The translations under genes were made by a program, and so were the position numbers. A DNA stretch of 64,000 nucleotides. Origin: a virus. Shown here piece after piece: positions 30,701 to 38,682 of the stretch; positions within the stretch are counted from its first letter, which is position 1; every line of letters begins with the position of its first letter. Location: IMG/VR virus record IMGVR_UViG_3300032373_000002, positions 1-64,000 of that record; one strand, 5' to 3'. The notes beneath the pieces were generated by a model. It was not told the origin of the DNA. It searched no databases and worked only from the letters and a program-made list of their open reading frames with translations.

Positions 30701-32716
30701 GCTGCAGCGGGGAGCCTCGGAGTGCGGGTTCCGGAGCCCTCCGACTCTACAGAGTTCTATGCAGACCGGCGCGAAACCCTCTATGGTCGCAGCTACACCC
30801 CTGCATCAACCAGCCAAGATGCCGTCGAGGGGGTCTTCGAGCACCTCGACATTCACTCCTTGACGGATGCTGACTGGAACACCATTCACTTCGACACTGC
30901 CTCGGGCATCGCGGCTTCCAGCCACCGACTGCGGTGCATCTTGCCGGGCGACCGCATCATGTTCGGGGATGACTTGAACCCTGGGGTCAGCAACCCTGGC
31001 ATGTACTTCACCTCGGGGTTGTTCTTGGAAGCCAGCGTTATTCGCCCCGTGCCAAACCTGGGCGAGACCGAGCCACAGTGGGTAGCGAATTCCTATGCCC
31101 TGACCGGCCAGATCAGCAGGGTAGGTTCCCGCGACTTCCGCAGCTACACGGCCTCCGCTGCCTTCCAGGAAGAGGTGCTGTTCACTGTGCGCAGGATCCG
31201 TCGCCTCCACGAGATCCAAGCCAACCTGGCATCCTTGCTGGGAGAGTTGGCCCCTCTGTATGAGATCCGCCGAGGGGACTACAGCTCCTACAGCGCTTCG
31301 ACACGGGTGTTCACGGCGGGAACAGCTACCTACGGAACTGCCACCAACGTCGGCGACTTCGACGCAGCTCCTGTCCAAATCCAAGCTGGGGATGAGCTTC
31401 GCGTGTTCGACGGGGATGGGAGCCTGCTCGCCACCGCAGAAGTTCAGCGGGTGCTCACCGCCACAACCTTGAAGCTCCGGCGTCCCGGCTTGCTGGGAAC
31501 GCTCACAGGTGCCGCCAGCTTCGAGGTGTACTTGAGGTCCCCGCTCGTTCCCGGAGAGCAGAGCGCACAGGAGCTGTTGGAGGCAGCAACGGATACGCTG
31601 GTGTTCGAGCGCACGGTGGACTACAACGGAGGCGATGTCGACGGGGGTCGGGTCCCCGGACTCTTCAATGAGATGCAAGACGCCCTCATCGCAGACTGGA
31701 ACGCGATCGGAGTGCAGGCCGGGGACATCGTAGTCGTTGACCCCGCAGGACCCCTCTACGCCGCAAGCGAGTCTGGAGTACGCCCCGTTGGAGACCAGAG
31801 CCAGTCCAGTCGGATCAACTACCTGCCCGGAGAAGCGAACCCGCTGGATGACAACCGGGGATTCTACAGGGTCACCTCCTTGAATGCCGCGGACCTCTTC
31901 GTAGACGGGACCAACCGCTTCGCTGGGGGGCTGCCCGACGGGTCTCAGGATGTAATTCGGGGGGCGGTCGGTGCTGAGTTTGGCCTCCTTCCGACTGTTC
32001 GAGCCTCCAACCTCACAAGCACCGACCCCGCCTACCCATTCGGGGGATCGGAGGGCCAGAACTCACTGCGGCCTACAGCACCTCCCGTTGCCAGCTCCTA
32101 CGCTGCCCGCACCGGGTTCGATGCTTTGAAGAGCATCGAACCGTTTGCCTACAAGATCATCCGCCCCACCTCACTCTTGAGTGAGGATGCGATCGACCTC
32201 ATCCTCTTCCAGCGGGAGCGGTTGCTGAGCTGGGTCGAGAGCCTGCGATCGGCCTACGCAGTGAGTCGCGGGGGCGACTACTACATCTTCCAGCGGGATG
32301 ACCACCTCACGGACGTCGGCTCCCCGACGGACCCTGCTATCGGACTGGGAGTGTTGAGTAACCTGCTCATCACCAACCTGGAAGGGTTGGTTGCCTCGAC
32401 CCCCTACGAGAACACCTCAGATGCCCTGAGTCTGCTGGGGAGGAGGTTCTGGCTCCAGGACCCAAAACTGGATGATCCGGGCTACAGTTCCTTCAATGAC
32501 AACGCCCTGGACCAGCGGCCCTTGCTGGAAGACTTCATCGCAGAAGTCCTTGACGAAGAGGACCGGCTGAGAGAGCTGCGCTTCTCTTGGATCCGCTTCC
32601 GCACCGATCAGGTCAGCGGCAGCCTCCAAGAGAAGAAGCGGGCGATCCAGCAACTGGAAGAACTCCTTGACCGAGCCCGCGAATACATGCTCCAGCAAAA
32701 GGCCCTGGACTCCTGA
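21731..32716 (+). CDS. giant (3661 aa) virion structural protein, baseplate wedge/fibre
   Basis: Uninterrupted 11-kb ORF, beta-rich G/T/S/D composition, within baseplate module. Confidence 0.75.
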   Translation: MSFNFDGYILRPARFAGSNAPSSSEATSGVSRAHITPAEMTGLGYDDAPARAVEPYADQYRASFLLSPEQSEEEYLIFAATSGSWSELDSSLFLRQGDVTLTSSAAGGLSVTGGYEDGTSALYVRDGGGRRVSTLTTLTLRRGDTAAEVVAGYTFAPLTGKAVLDAGTLTALGGGFSTERGDTILSLTYQVTPPTFWWTKNDTDAERFGWDARAERWAPLPGSTPASLGAAGAEGSYKLNPPPSRYAVGEGLPGDSSAPDGYAIVRAGTRPDATSTPLEVLVVSNEDASGDYPAAGAAYDAVVGETSGTLLLNPAWLTSNAGLTLWYSRESYPPRSPEQNGELGSLGGLAVDSSIDHPVLAPVPLPWERPLVRLGFRRWLDASGVDTDADLPLPSTISEGEFYWSRTTGKCAFSAEDIRKATPGEVGYQLPYLGAKIFSDGVVLSSQPLQTKSAAPLVDENGDELDGVGAGIPNSGPVYLLRALPLPAPGTGGVEWVPDGSGDLPDPVSTNPETRVNGSGLVRSTEGVGDSFFFCGDRAFAFAEVFEYEEDLKRFEFRVPQDEVQVARNIAASQPAGATDASRVKLKRRRIDGEPLYFVQPTVTPARWTDAARIYSRKAGLYSLDGSEVVRFSIDGTTYEWLASTLAPPANPAGYTAEEVAASFNALIGSSRAGSARGYLFFEAADPSAGSVEVSWNTEPSDLSGHSALGLLPGWRIDSSDPAFRWLVDSGVSYGMFRSPQNLDKSTDVPDVVAEALQEETQASCDLAPVPFFTIYPPPLEDVPGWEDDVHFQVVAGLNAINLRNRGVDAGTGLSLRYEFEDNRIRWGAVGTLSNSPILQVTATLSLGNTSVFGETVDSAAMASEGTGYGLYVRDPGATAFTELIPGTEYLLPGDGAAGYAQLITLQGQTLTSGGGGTYSAGGSFSNPNLSPDPTTDAILQANLLATVDPGDWLYLEEGDEAGLYQITSKALVGGDATFDVEPAFGGAGSGVSWEIFVGREASVYDPSIIADVQQVPFGRLPPGEEDWEIWTLELTGTAGGSLVFSSPEELADGRALQVRFGQSYVPANITPPQLITEGNEVGVVAAAGLTLDVSDDHFQNSASGAAYFRLRVGEVLFQEGVDLSLVTSFSPTTPAGTIEVGEFGSGISGQIQVANDLVSVFSGATLLYDQTLFAGSVLSAGDVEIDPATGGVQISDADATAHAGEPVYLSQRARIPEDLQVSPLNGSLFFASPLREGVLVETRYKTADASGLPVGSEIVEFLPVLVRLEEATRIDAFTYSFNAAGKTLGGQRGDEYVWIDPELQNFAGVNQATVNDDSTITFNAPVDASSTVLINYLVLESFGGERAYQVSTPPVARLPILLEAAQTDLMLDSDRTAEAEVGKVLFLGQTPLYLKAVTYDASADATTLEVWPPPLTELGSRAPGQDSVSVLTDQPVAITIDPSDPIAGGGAAGFFLEVSSATNPNKESTPGASRITFEGNTTTFMKVGHLLEVEGYPYLVTGNSLSDDGAYTLVDLGNPVYREHPAGSACRITARPIYGITPTTFVGSGPFLEGSYRLFLQEEGQPGALLVAGVDYEANPGTGQVTLLQDSLAPGAKLIAAFTATDVLTPTVSGNAVVTPFYSSQYLYGVTPDESNGLQGSTLLLRYSYRSPDSFYIQVQPLQEFLPLVAQKALAASAPPSGGGTTALVPGCTANSDQGGLGTRGEASAAGDLDAGASRYLEFYQRVIESFEEVLELRDGRRIGDQDGKFRYRMPRGRAYAPPGWEDDITSEINPRLIWREIIDEWADATALGDGYFLKTDPLSSPTATEEADPTDRPGETEGRSPNPSELALFIELQRARVSNDIEDEVLIGLDAPTGLRALLPKLNLKGRFAPLWEPSTLSRLFPERTRHFSRLGPGLLAVRESNGSYSDPGFFTPGRRVSLPGPQPGEETTQIARTRGEVIGSVSNPALGRIENVVEIDAAARRARARVWRFYPEGSAGLDAVLGTTTVGTATFVLSQVPLSQFPLSSGWPDITQLLSQGGDTEDISSGSNELFVPAWEPGDQIGLGLPPTEGVAGRSYLISDPDGNGVFVGSVQVGCVVTLVDVTGGSLRGSDLILSGSGVDLSEGAEGYTLLAVAPTPDLSTVPEEGDSPTLTQTTELAGADGGYRIQFDLGVLANSGLLRDRTMAGREDFFPLPSRDIFGQTPPTPLSTVEGTVEFRNTDRSPAQLPALRGQARDDSGDERTPYLQERTGELTLLAQISEDFELFLSQDTGGTPYTPPRADPDETQEWGAVYPDELRSRTGEFFAARTLTPSRDPARLYASEDLRPVETAGSYTADSGVGDSRPFDLLFLEVGQPLVPGSLPAGWTGIFRVAEVQGYTATGESLSWVERPRFVAEAPRGELHKYTVRNAYGYTSGSFPATTGVQVGVSGPGPVFPSTYAFGSSGAVLDSGGSLAGGILALTGSGTNGNAIVIRFFDPDPLAAGDAFLGAIVIVDQASGGTLYVYQASTGTAFTPSLTGTGVTYTATASLQMLTATVDPVSLIGLTSGNYYDYTIAVDAYWDSDVATYTGGALALGSGPGSVTCGVDRDRLTFRERVSFASALPRNSYPANGNTTYDLGASLAVWEVTASAVSDCSVNAPTEVNGGDPFTFLERAGPSPDGSVSAGTAYVGTFLPGATGSEDGELRVLSWEENNNTPLGSAFSGVRLSIAASSNLEAGAPILEGSGFFQDSTAAVLTVDGTRNWVGTVTASSGGLANPEPGDVVVIDQATGGTSAVKSGTYLLRHAVPSNLTSSGGTDLQAEALRSDAGTRTGLDLRWPEVRSLVGGSLILRGVVSAPYSNSGCSYPDPATTGSNEWVYLVLRGRYSTYSGGSYAVDADAVYRAEYSALSWDPAAGEATFTLTGTYEDALGNSLTADQFASAAAVGTRASGMVYLPLTYGDLAANNLVGHRQDDLGTALTAGLRRAIFGNRYSPNHGSTSATAQTWDKVSALGDVERLLTSSVAAAAGSLGVRVPEPSDSTEFYADRRETLYGRSYTPASTSQDAVEGVFEHLDIHSLTDADWNTIHFDTASGIAASSHRLRCILPGDRIMFGDDLNPGVSNPGMYFTSGLFLEASVIRPVPNLGETEPQWVANSYALTGQISRVGSRDFRSYTASAAFQEEVLFTVRRIRRLHEIQANLASLLGELAPLYEIRRGDYSSYSASTRVFTAGTATYGTATNVGDFDAAPVQIQAGDELRVFDGDGSLLATAEVQRVLTATTLKLRRPGLLGTLTGAASFEVYLRSPLVPGEQSAQELLEAATDTLVFERTVDYNGGDVDGGRVPGLFNEMQDALIADWNAIGVQAGDIVVVDPAGPLYAASESGVRPVGDQSQSSRINYLPGEANPLDDNRGFYRVTSLNAADLFVDGTNRFAGGLPDGSQDVIRGAVGAEFGLLPTVRASNLTSTDPAYPFGGSEGQNSLRPTAPPVASSYAARTGFDALKSIEPFAYKIIRPTSLLSEDAIDLILFQRERLLSWVESLRSAYAVSRGGDYYIFQRDDHLTDVGSPTDPAIGLGVLSNLLITNLEGLVASTPYENTSDALSLLGRRFWLQDPKLDDPGYSSFNDNALDQRPLLEDFIAEVLDEEDRLRELRFSWIRFRTDQVSGSLQEKKRAIQQLEELLDRAREYMLQQKALDS

Positions 32717-32747
32717 ACGGTAGAGTCCCTTTCTAAGAGGTGGTCCC

Positions 32748-32975
32748 ATGGATGATCAGAGCCAAAAGCTCCGAGAAGAGCTTCGCAAGAGGGGGATCGT
32801 TCCGGACGAATGGGCACCGGGCAAGGCCGGAGGCAAGAACCCCCTGACGGAGAAGCAGCGGAGGCTCCTCCTGAGCCTACAGAGCCTCGTGCGTCAGCAA
32901 ATCGAAGCAGACCTGACCCGGCTGAGCAGCCTCCACGGAGAGCTGCTCCGAAAGAAGAGGGGCGGCAGTGGCTGA
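32748..32975 (+). CDS. small coiled-coil protein
   Basis: GAGGTGG RBS; overlaps next gene. Confidence 0.65.
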   Translation: MDDQSQKLREELRKRGIVPDEWAPGKAGGKNPLTEKQRRLLLSLQSLVRQQIEADLTRLSSLHGELLRKKRGGSG

Positions 32976-35517
32976 GTGGCAACCTCTCACCCCCGGAGTC
33001 ACTCCGGTCCTCGACCGGCTGGACCCGGTCATTACTGGGATCGACACGGTCCTGAGCTTCCTGCTGGCACTGCTACAGGTGGCTCAATCGATCCTCCAGG
33101 TGCTCCAAGCCTTCTTGATCGGGCTCATCGACCCGTTGAGGGCTACCGTAGAAGCCCTGATCGCTCAAGCGCGAGCCATCATCGCCGACCTCCGGGCGCT
33201 GGGCGTGTACCTCACGGGGGACTGGCAGATCCTCCGAGCGGAGGACAAGTTCAGCTCAGTCCTGGGCGGCTATTCCGCCTACGAGCGGAGGATGCTGGCG
33301 CGGTTGCTCGACACCGCCGACCCAAACAGGCCCAACTTCAGCGGCTCCACCACTGTGCTGGGGGCCTTCCTCTACACATCCTCCGGGGACATCACGGAGC
33401 TGAGAGCCGCCGTCAATGCGCTGCTAAAGTTCTTCGGGCGGGGGGACCTGATCTCCAAGGGGAGCTCTTACGGCACCCCCGCCCAACCGACCCTGTTCTA
33501 CGGCACGGAAGGGGCCAACGTAGGTAGCTTTCGCCGATTGGCTCAGGCCACCGAAGATGCCATCCCGGATGCTGTCACGGTGAAGTGGAAGATGCCTGCG
33601 CCAGTCGGGGGCATCTCGACGGCGTTCAGCCCTGCTCCGAAGGGCTTCCTGATCCATGTCACCACCGAACCCGACGGCCTGGGGGTGCTGGCGCTAACCA
33701 GCAAGGCCCAACTCAGCGGAGAAGTCGACGGGCTTCCTCGCGTAGCAGCTGCTGCGGTAGATCCAGGGACCAACGGGCCGCTTCGACTGTACGGGGGGGT
33801 CTCCGACATCGGAGTCGCTGCGGATTCGCGAGACTTCAGCAGCATCGAACAAACGACGGATCAGCAAGCCCCCTTGATGGTCCTCCAGAAGGATGCCAAC
33901 ACCCCCCTGATCCTGCCCAGCACCCTAAAACCAGACGACGGTGGGAGCACCCCCCTCTTCGGAACCACGTTCTGGGTCCCAGCAGGCTTCCTGACGCGGA
34001 TCGGCAGCGGGACCGAATACTCGGTGACCTTCCCGAGGAATGTGCTGCCCAAGAAGGTCTCCTTTAGTGCTCGGTTGGACGGGTTCGCTCAGGTAGAGGC
34101 CAGTGAAGAGGCCACAGAGTTCTTCTTCCGGGTCCGTGCCGTCGACGGGGACCTGGCAGAGGCGTTGGACTCTTTGGGGGGCGGGTTCAATGCTCCCGTC
34201 GACCTATACTCCACCGACTACCGCATCTTCCGATTCAGCCGAGGCAGGATCCTTCAGGCAGTCAATGGAGTACTGCTGCCCGAGAATCCGGGGCTGGACG
34301 GGAACGGCAGCATCCAACCCAGCCCGTTCACTCCGGCCAGCTCTCCTGCGGTGGCTCAGTTCCCCTCGGCAGTGCAGGCAGAGTACATCCAAGCCGTCCA
34401 GGCAGCCTTCGCCGTCGCCGTCCTCACGCGAGCGGACCTGACCGAGAGCAACCTGACAACAGCGGGCATTGTGGGGACCGTCGGAGAGTTCCGCTACAAC
34501 CAGTATGCTTTCGATCAAGGCACAGGCCTCGAAGGCGTCGGGCGAGACCTCCTTGCGAAGTACGGCATCTCCAGCACGTTCTATGTAGGCTATCGACCCA
34601 GCGCCTTCCGCCGAAGGCTGCGCTGGGTGTTGAACAGGATCGCCAGCGACCTCCAAGAGCGCGGGATGCCTCCAGAGTCCCTGGCATCAGCCACAGTCGC
34701 TGCTGCCCGACCGCTCTTGAGCTTTCGGTGGAGTGAGATCAACAGTGACTACCCCCCGCTGACCATCCTTCAGAGCCTGGGAGTCGGCTCCAACCCTCTT
34801 GAATTCGAAGGGGTGGGGGCCAACCCCTTCTGCAGGGAAAAGCCGCTGGAGCAGTTGGAGATCCTGTACGAAACCTCCGGAGGTCCTGTGCGGAGTCCGT
34901 CCTTCAACATCACCGCAGGAGCCACCGACGCCTTCTGGGTCGAGGGAGAAGGTTCCGCAGACTCCTCTCCGATCCTGTTCAACGACTCGACCGACCGGGT
35001 CGAGTACATCCGAAACGCGCTGGGGGGCTACAACTCCGGGGGAGTGCTTGATGCGGCTGCCCAGGTCCTTCAGATTGCAGGGGCCAGTTCTGCCCGACCA
35101 TCGGGGGACACCCAATGGCTGAGCATACGGGTCATCCCTCAAGGGCTCCAACCAGCCGATGAGCTGCTGGAGCGGATCGACCAGTTCCTCCAAGGAGTAC
35201 TGGACGGGCTGGACTCCACCACGGACAGGATCGTGGCCTACATCAACGCGATCCAGGCCCGCATCTTTCAGCTACAGGCCCTGCTGAACCAGATCCAGGC
35301 TCTTCTGCGAGCGCTGGACTTCTTCCAGGTGCCTCAAGTGCAAGGGCTGGTGGTGACCGCATCAGGCACGGACGCTCTGGCGGCAGAGCTGATCACCGCT
35401 ACCGAGAAGCCTTCCGACAACGCGGAAGACTACGGGGCCGGAATCGCCCTGGTGGCCGGAGGCATCCCCACCCCCCTACTTGACTTATTAGCAGCCCTGC
35501 TGGGAAGCTCGGAGTAA
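32968..35517 (+). CDS. virion structural protein (amphipathic helical termini, beta-rich core)
   Basis: 849-aa ORF in tail module. Confidence 0.65.
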   Translation: MAEWQPLTPGVTPVLDRLDPVITGIDTVLSFLLALLQVAQSILQVLQAFLIGLIDPLRATVEALIAQARAIIADLRALGVYLTGDWQILRAEDKFSSVLGGYSAYERRMLARLLDTADPNRPNFSGSTTVLGAFLYTSSGDITELRAAVNALLKFFGRGDLISKGSSYGTPAQPTLFYGTEGANVGSFRRLAQATEDAIPDAVTVKWKMPAPVGGISTAFSPAPKGFLIHVTTEPDGLGVLALTSKAQLSGEVDGLPRVAAAAVDPGTNGPLRLYGGVSDIGVAADSRDFSSIEQTTDQQAPLMVLQKDANTPLILPSTLKPDDGGSTPLFGTTFWVPAGFLTRIGSGTEYSVTFPRNVLPKKVSFSARLDGFAQVEASEEATEFFFRVRAVDGDLAEALDSLGGGFNAPVDLYSTDYRIFRFSRGRILQAVNGVLLPENPGLDGNGSIQPSPFTPASSPAVAQFPSAVQAEYIQAVQAAFAVAVLTRADLTESNLTTAGIVGTVGEFRYNQYAFDQGTGLEGVGRDLLAKYGISSTFYVGYRPSAFRRRLRWVLNRIASDLQERGMPPESLASATVAAARPLLSFRWSEINSDYPPLTILQSLGVGSNPLEFEGVGANPFCREKPLEQLEILYETSGGPVRSPSFNITAGATDAFWVEGEGSADSSPILFNDSTDRVEYIRNALGGYNSGGVLDAAAQVLQIAGASSARPSGDTQWLSIRVIPQGLQPADELLERIDQFLQGVLDGLDSTTDRIVAYINAIQARIFQLQALLNQIQALLRALDFFQVPQVQGLVVTASGTDALAAELITATEKPSDNAEDYGAGIALVAGGIPTPLLDLLAALLGSSE

Positions 35518-35519
35518 CT

Positions 35520-36371
35520 GTGCCCTCGTTTGCCTGGAGCAGTCGTTTTCGGGAGGGCCAGTGGAGAGCCTTCCGCTCTTTTATGCTTCAGGAGCGTCGA
35601 GACGCTTCCGACCGCTTTATGGTGATCCAAGCGGAAAGGAACCGGGTCGGAACGGTCCGCATCCTGTGGGCGACCGACGCTGGCGGGAATCCCACGGAAC
35701 AGCGAGTGGGCATCAGCTGTACTCCTGCGGGGAGCTCTTTGTGCAAGCTCCTCCGAGCGTACTGCGCGTTGGGAGGCAACCCGTTCGACATCTCCGCGTT
35801 CACCCGGCCGGACTCTGGGGTCGAGGCCACCGGGGTGCGGCAGACCCAACCCAGTGAGGGCATCCTCCACCCCCAAGACATTCGCTATGCCTACGACGCA
35901 GGGGTCAGCGACGGGGATGGGAGTCTCGCCAAGTACAGGTCCTCCCGCCTGGGGGGCAAGCGCTACACCGAGAAAGAGCGGGAAGTGGCGGCCATCGCTT
36001 GGCGGGGTCGGAAGTGGATCAATCAAGAGATCTGGTTCAAGCGCACCCGCCTCGAAGAGCTGATCATCAAGCTGGTAGACCTCCGCGAACAGCTCGACCA
36101 AGAAGTAGAGGACCTGCTCTGGGCCACCTACGGTGACATGATGGGTAGCCCCGGCTATGAGGCGGACCGCTTCACCGACTCTTTGAGTGCGGGGAACATC
36201 GCCTACTTCTTCGACTCCACGTTCAGAATCCCGGACCCGACCGAGCCCGGGCGCGTACCGTATGACCCGACAGCAGCAGCCGGGGAGCCGGGGGCACCCA
36301 ACGAAGACGTGCTGGGCGGCTACCCTTCTTTGATGAGCGACCTCCCCGAAGAAGACAACACTGCCTTGTGA
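35520..36371 (+). CDS. probable structural protein
   Basis: 283-aa ORF contiguous with tail module. Confidence 0.6.
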   Translation: MPSFAWSSRFREGQWRAFRSFMLQERRDASDRFMVIQAERNRVGTVRILWATDAGGNPTEQRVGISCTPAGSSLCKLLRAYCALGGNPFDISAFTRPDSGVEATGVRQTQPSEGILHPQDIRYAYDAGVSDGDGSLAKYRSSRLGGKRYTEKEREVAAIAWRGRKWINQEIWFKRTRLEELIIKLVDLREQLDQEVEDLLWATYGDMMGSPGYEADRFTDSLSAGNIAYFFDSTFRIPDPTEPGRVPYDPTAAAGEPGAPNEDVLGGYPSLMSDLPEEDNTAL

Positions 36372-36379
36372 GGAATCCG

Positions 36380-36628
36380 ATGAACAAGCTGGCCGAAATC
36401 CTGAAGCAAGAAGGTCTGAGCCTCCCCAACCTCCCTCCCGGCTACCGTTGGTGGGAGGACGGAGGCGTCATCGTTCTCTTGGGCCACGGCGACTACGAGG
36501 TCGGCTACCTGGAAGACCGGGGCGGGAAGTGGTTCGCATCCAACCCGGAAGACGGGATGTTCATCAACCGTGGGAGGTCCACAGCCTACGAGGCAGCCAA
36601 GGACCTCTTGAGGTGGAAGGACTCCTGA
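36380..36628 (+). CDS. small protein with MNKLxxILxxEGL N-terminus
   Basis: GAGGA RBS; N-terminus shared with 57476 gene. Confidence 0.6.
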   Translation: MNKLAEILKQEGLSLPNLPPGYRWWEDGGVIVLLGHGDYEVGYLEDRGGKWFASNPEDGMFINRGRSTAYEAAKDLLRWKDS

Positions 36629-36634
36629 CGCTGC

Positions 36635-37885
36635 TCAGGGGGTGAAGCTCACGATGCTGGAGACGGTCATGTTTACCATCGTCGTGTCGTGGGCTCCGCC
36701 AGTGGAGTTATCTGTCAGGGTCGGGTAGGTGTCACCGTCTCCCATTCGCAACCAGACCTGCATGTCCCCGGCGAAGCCGGTGGAAGAGAGGTCGACAGGG
36801 ACTCCCCCGTTGTAAAGGGTCACGGCGTTCGCGGCCGAAAGCTCCGTGTCGTAGTAGGACCACTCGTCGATATAACCGTCGAAGTAGTCCGCGAAACCCT
36901 GACCGCCTGCCGCTCGACAGATGCGTTGGGTCGAAGTCCCGCCCTGTGAGTCGTCCAGGTCATTGTCGATGACGAGCATCGACTGGAGGACACCATCAAA
37001 ATAGACCTTGAAGCTCGAAGTGGTCTCCAGGCCATCGTTGGTCACCAAGACATGGTACCAGGTGCTGGCTGAGAGGCTGTTGCTGGTCTCAACCGTGAGG
37101 TTGTCGCCGGAGTCTGCCACCTGAACGCGGACCTTTCCGTCGCTCAGGAGGAAGATTCCCTGATAGCGGTTCCCGTTGGTCCCGTCAGCCCAGAGGTCCG
37201 AGTCCGCTACTGCGTTGAGGTAGAGCCAGAAGGAGATGGACCAGGTCTGGTTAGAGGCCCGCTGGTTCGCAGCAGTGGTCCCCACATTCAGGTACTCGCG
37301 GAACGTAGATCCCCGGAAGCGGATCGACTTGGTGTTCACAAAGCCAGGACCCGACGCCAGGACCGTCAGGCTCAAGGTCTCGGTAGTGGTCCCGAAGCCG
37401 TTCACGGCTGAGATCGAAATGCTCGCAACACCCGTTACAGCGGTGGATCCGAAGATGAGCCCCTGCTCATGGTTGATGGAGAGACCGACAGGGAGCCCCG
37501 AAGCATCGAAGTAGAACGGGTTCTCCGTTGCAGTGATCTGGTAGTTGAAGGGCTCTCCCTCGACCACGCTCTCCGTCAAGGAGGAGGTGATTGTAGGCTT
37601 CACTCCGCCCGGACCCCCTCCAGCGAAGGCAGAGAACTGGGAATTGAGATAGTCCACCGTTTCTTGGACGTTCGCTCCTCCGGGGGATCCGTCTTCCGTT
37701 AGGATCTCCGTGTAGGGGATATCTGAGAACTCCTTCTTATCCGTAGGACCGTGTAGGTCAAACACGTCGATGAGCCCTGCATCCGTCTCCACCGCGTGCA
37801 GAGAATTGGTGAACCTGGGATCGACCGTGGTGATGTCGAAGACGACGGAGTTGGCCTCGTTGTCTCTGTAGACGCGAATTGCCAT
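36635..37885 (-). CDS. virion surface protein: Ig-like (He_PIG) plus LamG/concanavalin-like domain
   Basis: PTITS...FNYQITA....FDASGLPVGLSIN...G.I.G (He_PIG); WSISFW...WYHVLVT.DG....KVYFDG...FDGYIDEW..Y...LS (LamG); GAGGT RBS. Confidence 0.8.
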   Translation of the reverse strand: MAIRVYRDNEANSVVFDITTVDPRFTNSLHAVETDAGLIDVFDLHGPTDKKEFSDIPYTEILTEDGSPGGANVQETVDYLNSQFSAFAGGGPGGVKPTITSSLTESVVEGEPFNYQITATENPFYFDASGLPVGLSINHEQGLIFGSTAVTGVASISISAVNGFGTTTETLSLTVLASGPGFVNTKSIRFRGSTFREYLNVGTTAANQRASNQTWSISFWLYLNAVADSDLWADGTNGNRYQGIFLLSDGKVRVQVADSGDNLTVETSNSLSASTWYHVLVTNDGLETTSSFKVYFDGVLQSMLVIDNDLDDSQGGTSTQRICRAAGGQGFADYFDGYIDEWSYYDTELSAANAVTLYNGGVPVDLSSTGFAGDMQVWLRMGDGDTYPTLTDNSTGGAHDTTMVNMTVSSIVSFTP

Positions 37886-37893
37886 GACCTACC

Positions 37894-38640
37894 TCACAGG
37901 TTCTTGATGTAGAAGCCGTTGACCTGGGCAGAGCACCCTGAGCTGGCCTTGACTTCGAGGACCGCTCCCGTGTCTCGGACAACCTCCGAGCCCAAGTAGA
38001 AGGTGGTGTTGATGTAGCGTTCGTAATCCGCCCCCGCACCATCACCGAGAGGCGCGAGACCTTGAGCCAGGCTGAAGATCCCCGGCCACCGGATCCGGAA
38101 CTCCAACCGGGTGTTGTTGACGGTGGGGTTAAAGATGATGTCTGCCCGGAGAAGAAAAGAGTCCCCCAAGGACATCTCATCCAACAGGACAGTGTTTGTG
38201 GCAGGGTCCCAGAGACGAGTAGCGTTCGAGGGGAGGAAGTCCGTGTTGGTGAAGTCCCCCAGAGTGTCGTTCGTTATCTGGACCCAATCCCCTGCGGTGA
38301 GTGTGATGGGGGTGGTGGCTGTTGCAGAGTCGTTGTAGTCTGCCCACCCGAAGCGGGACCGGAACCCCTCATAGGCTGCATCACCCAACCCGAAGGTCGC
38401 GGACAGCCTTCCAGCAGAGATGAACCCCCGGATCACACCGGTCTCGAAGCTGAGGGCCACGTCCGAGGTGTAGAGGAGGGTCACAGACCCGGTCGTTGGC
38501 ACATAGACAGCACCCGGTCGAGCATAGCCGGCATCCCGACCGCCTCGATACCGACCACCACTCCCGACGTTGATGTCCGTCACCAAGAGGGAAGAAGTTG
38601 GGGAACCCAACTGAGTCAGGGTTAGGAACACCCCTTCCAC
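37894..38640 (-). CDS. probable virion decoration/structural protein
   Basis: Beta-rich ORF co-oriented with LamG gene; GGAGGT RBS. Confidence 0.6.
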   Translation of the reverse strand: MEGVFLTLTQLGSPTSSLLVTDINVGSGGRYRGGRDAGYARPGAVYVPTTGSVTLLYTSDVALSFETGVIRGFISAGRLSATFGLGDAAYEGFRSRFGWADYNDSATATTPITLTAGDWVQITNDTLGDFTNTDFLPSNATRLWDPATNTVLLDEMSLGDSFLLRADIIFNPTVNNTRLEFRIRWPGIFSLAQGLAPLGDGAGADYERYINTTFYLGSEVVRDTGAVLEVKASSGCSAQVNGFYIKNL

Positions 38641-38682
38641 AAGTCACCTCCGAGCCACATAAGCTCCAAGGCGATAGGATGG

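Noticed and set aside
3753-35193. Long antisense ORFs (for example 14952-16985, 23474-25087, 8297-9463)
   Set aside because: They are shadows of high-GC3 plus-strand genes, with no RBS or motifs.
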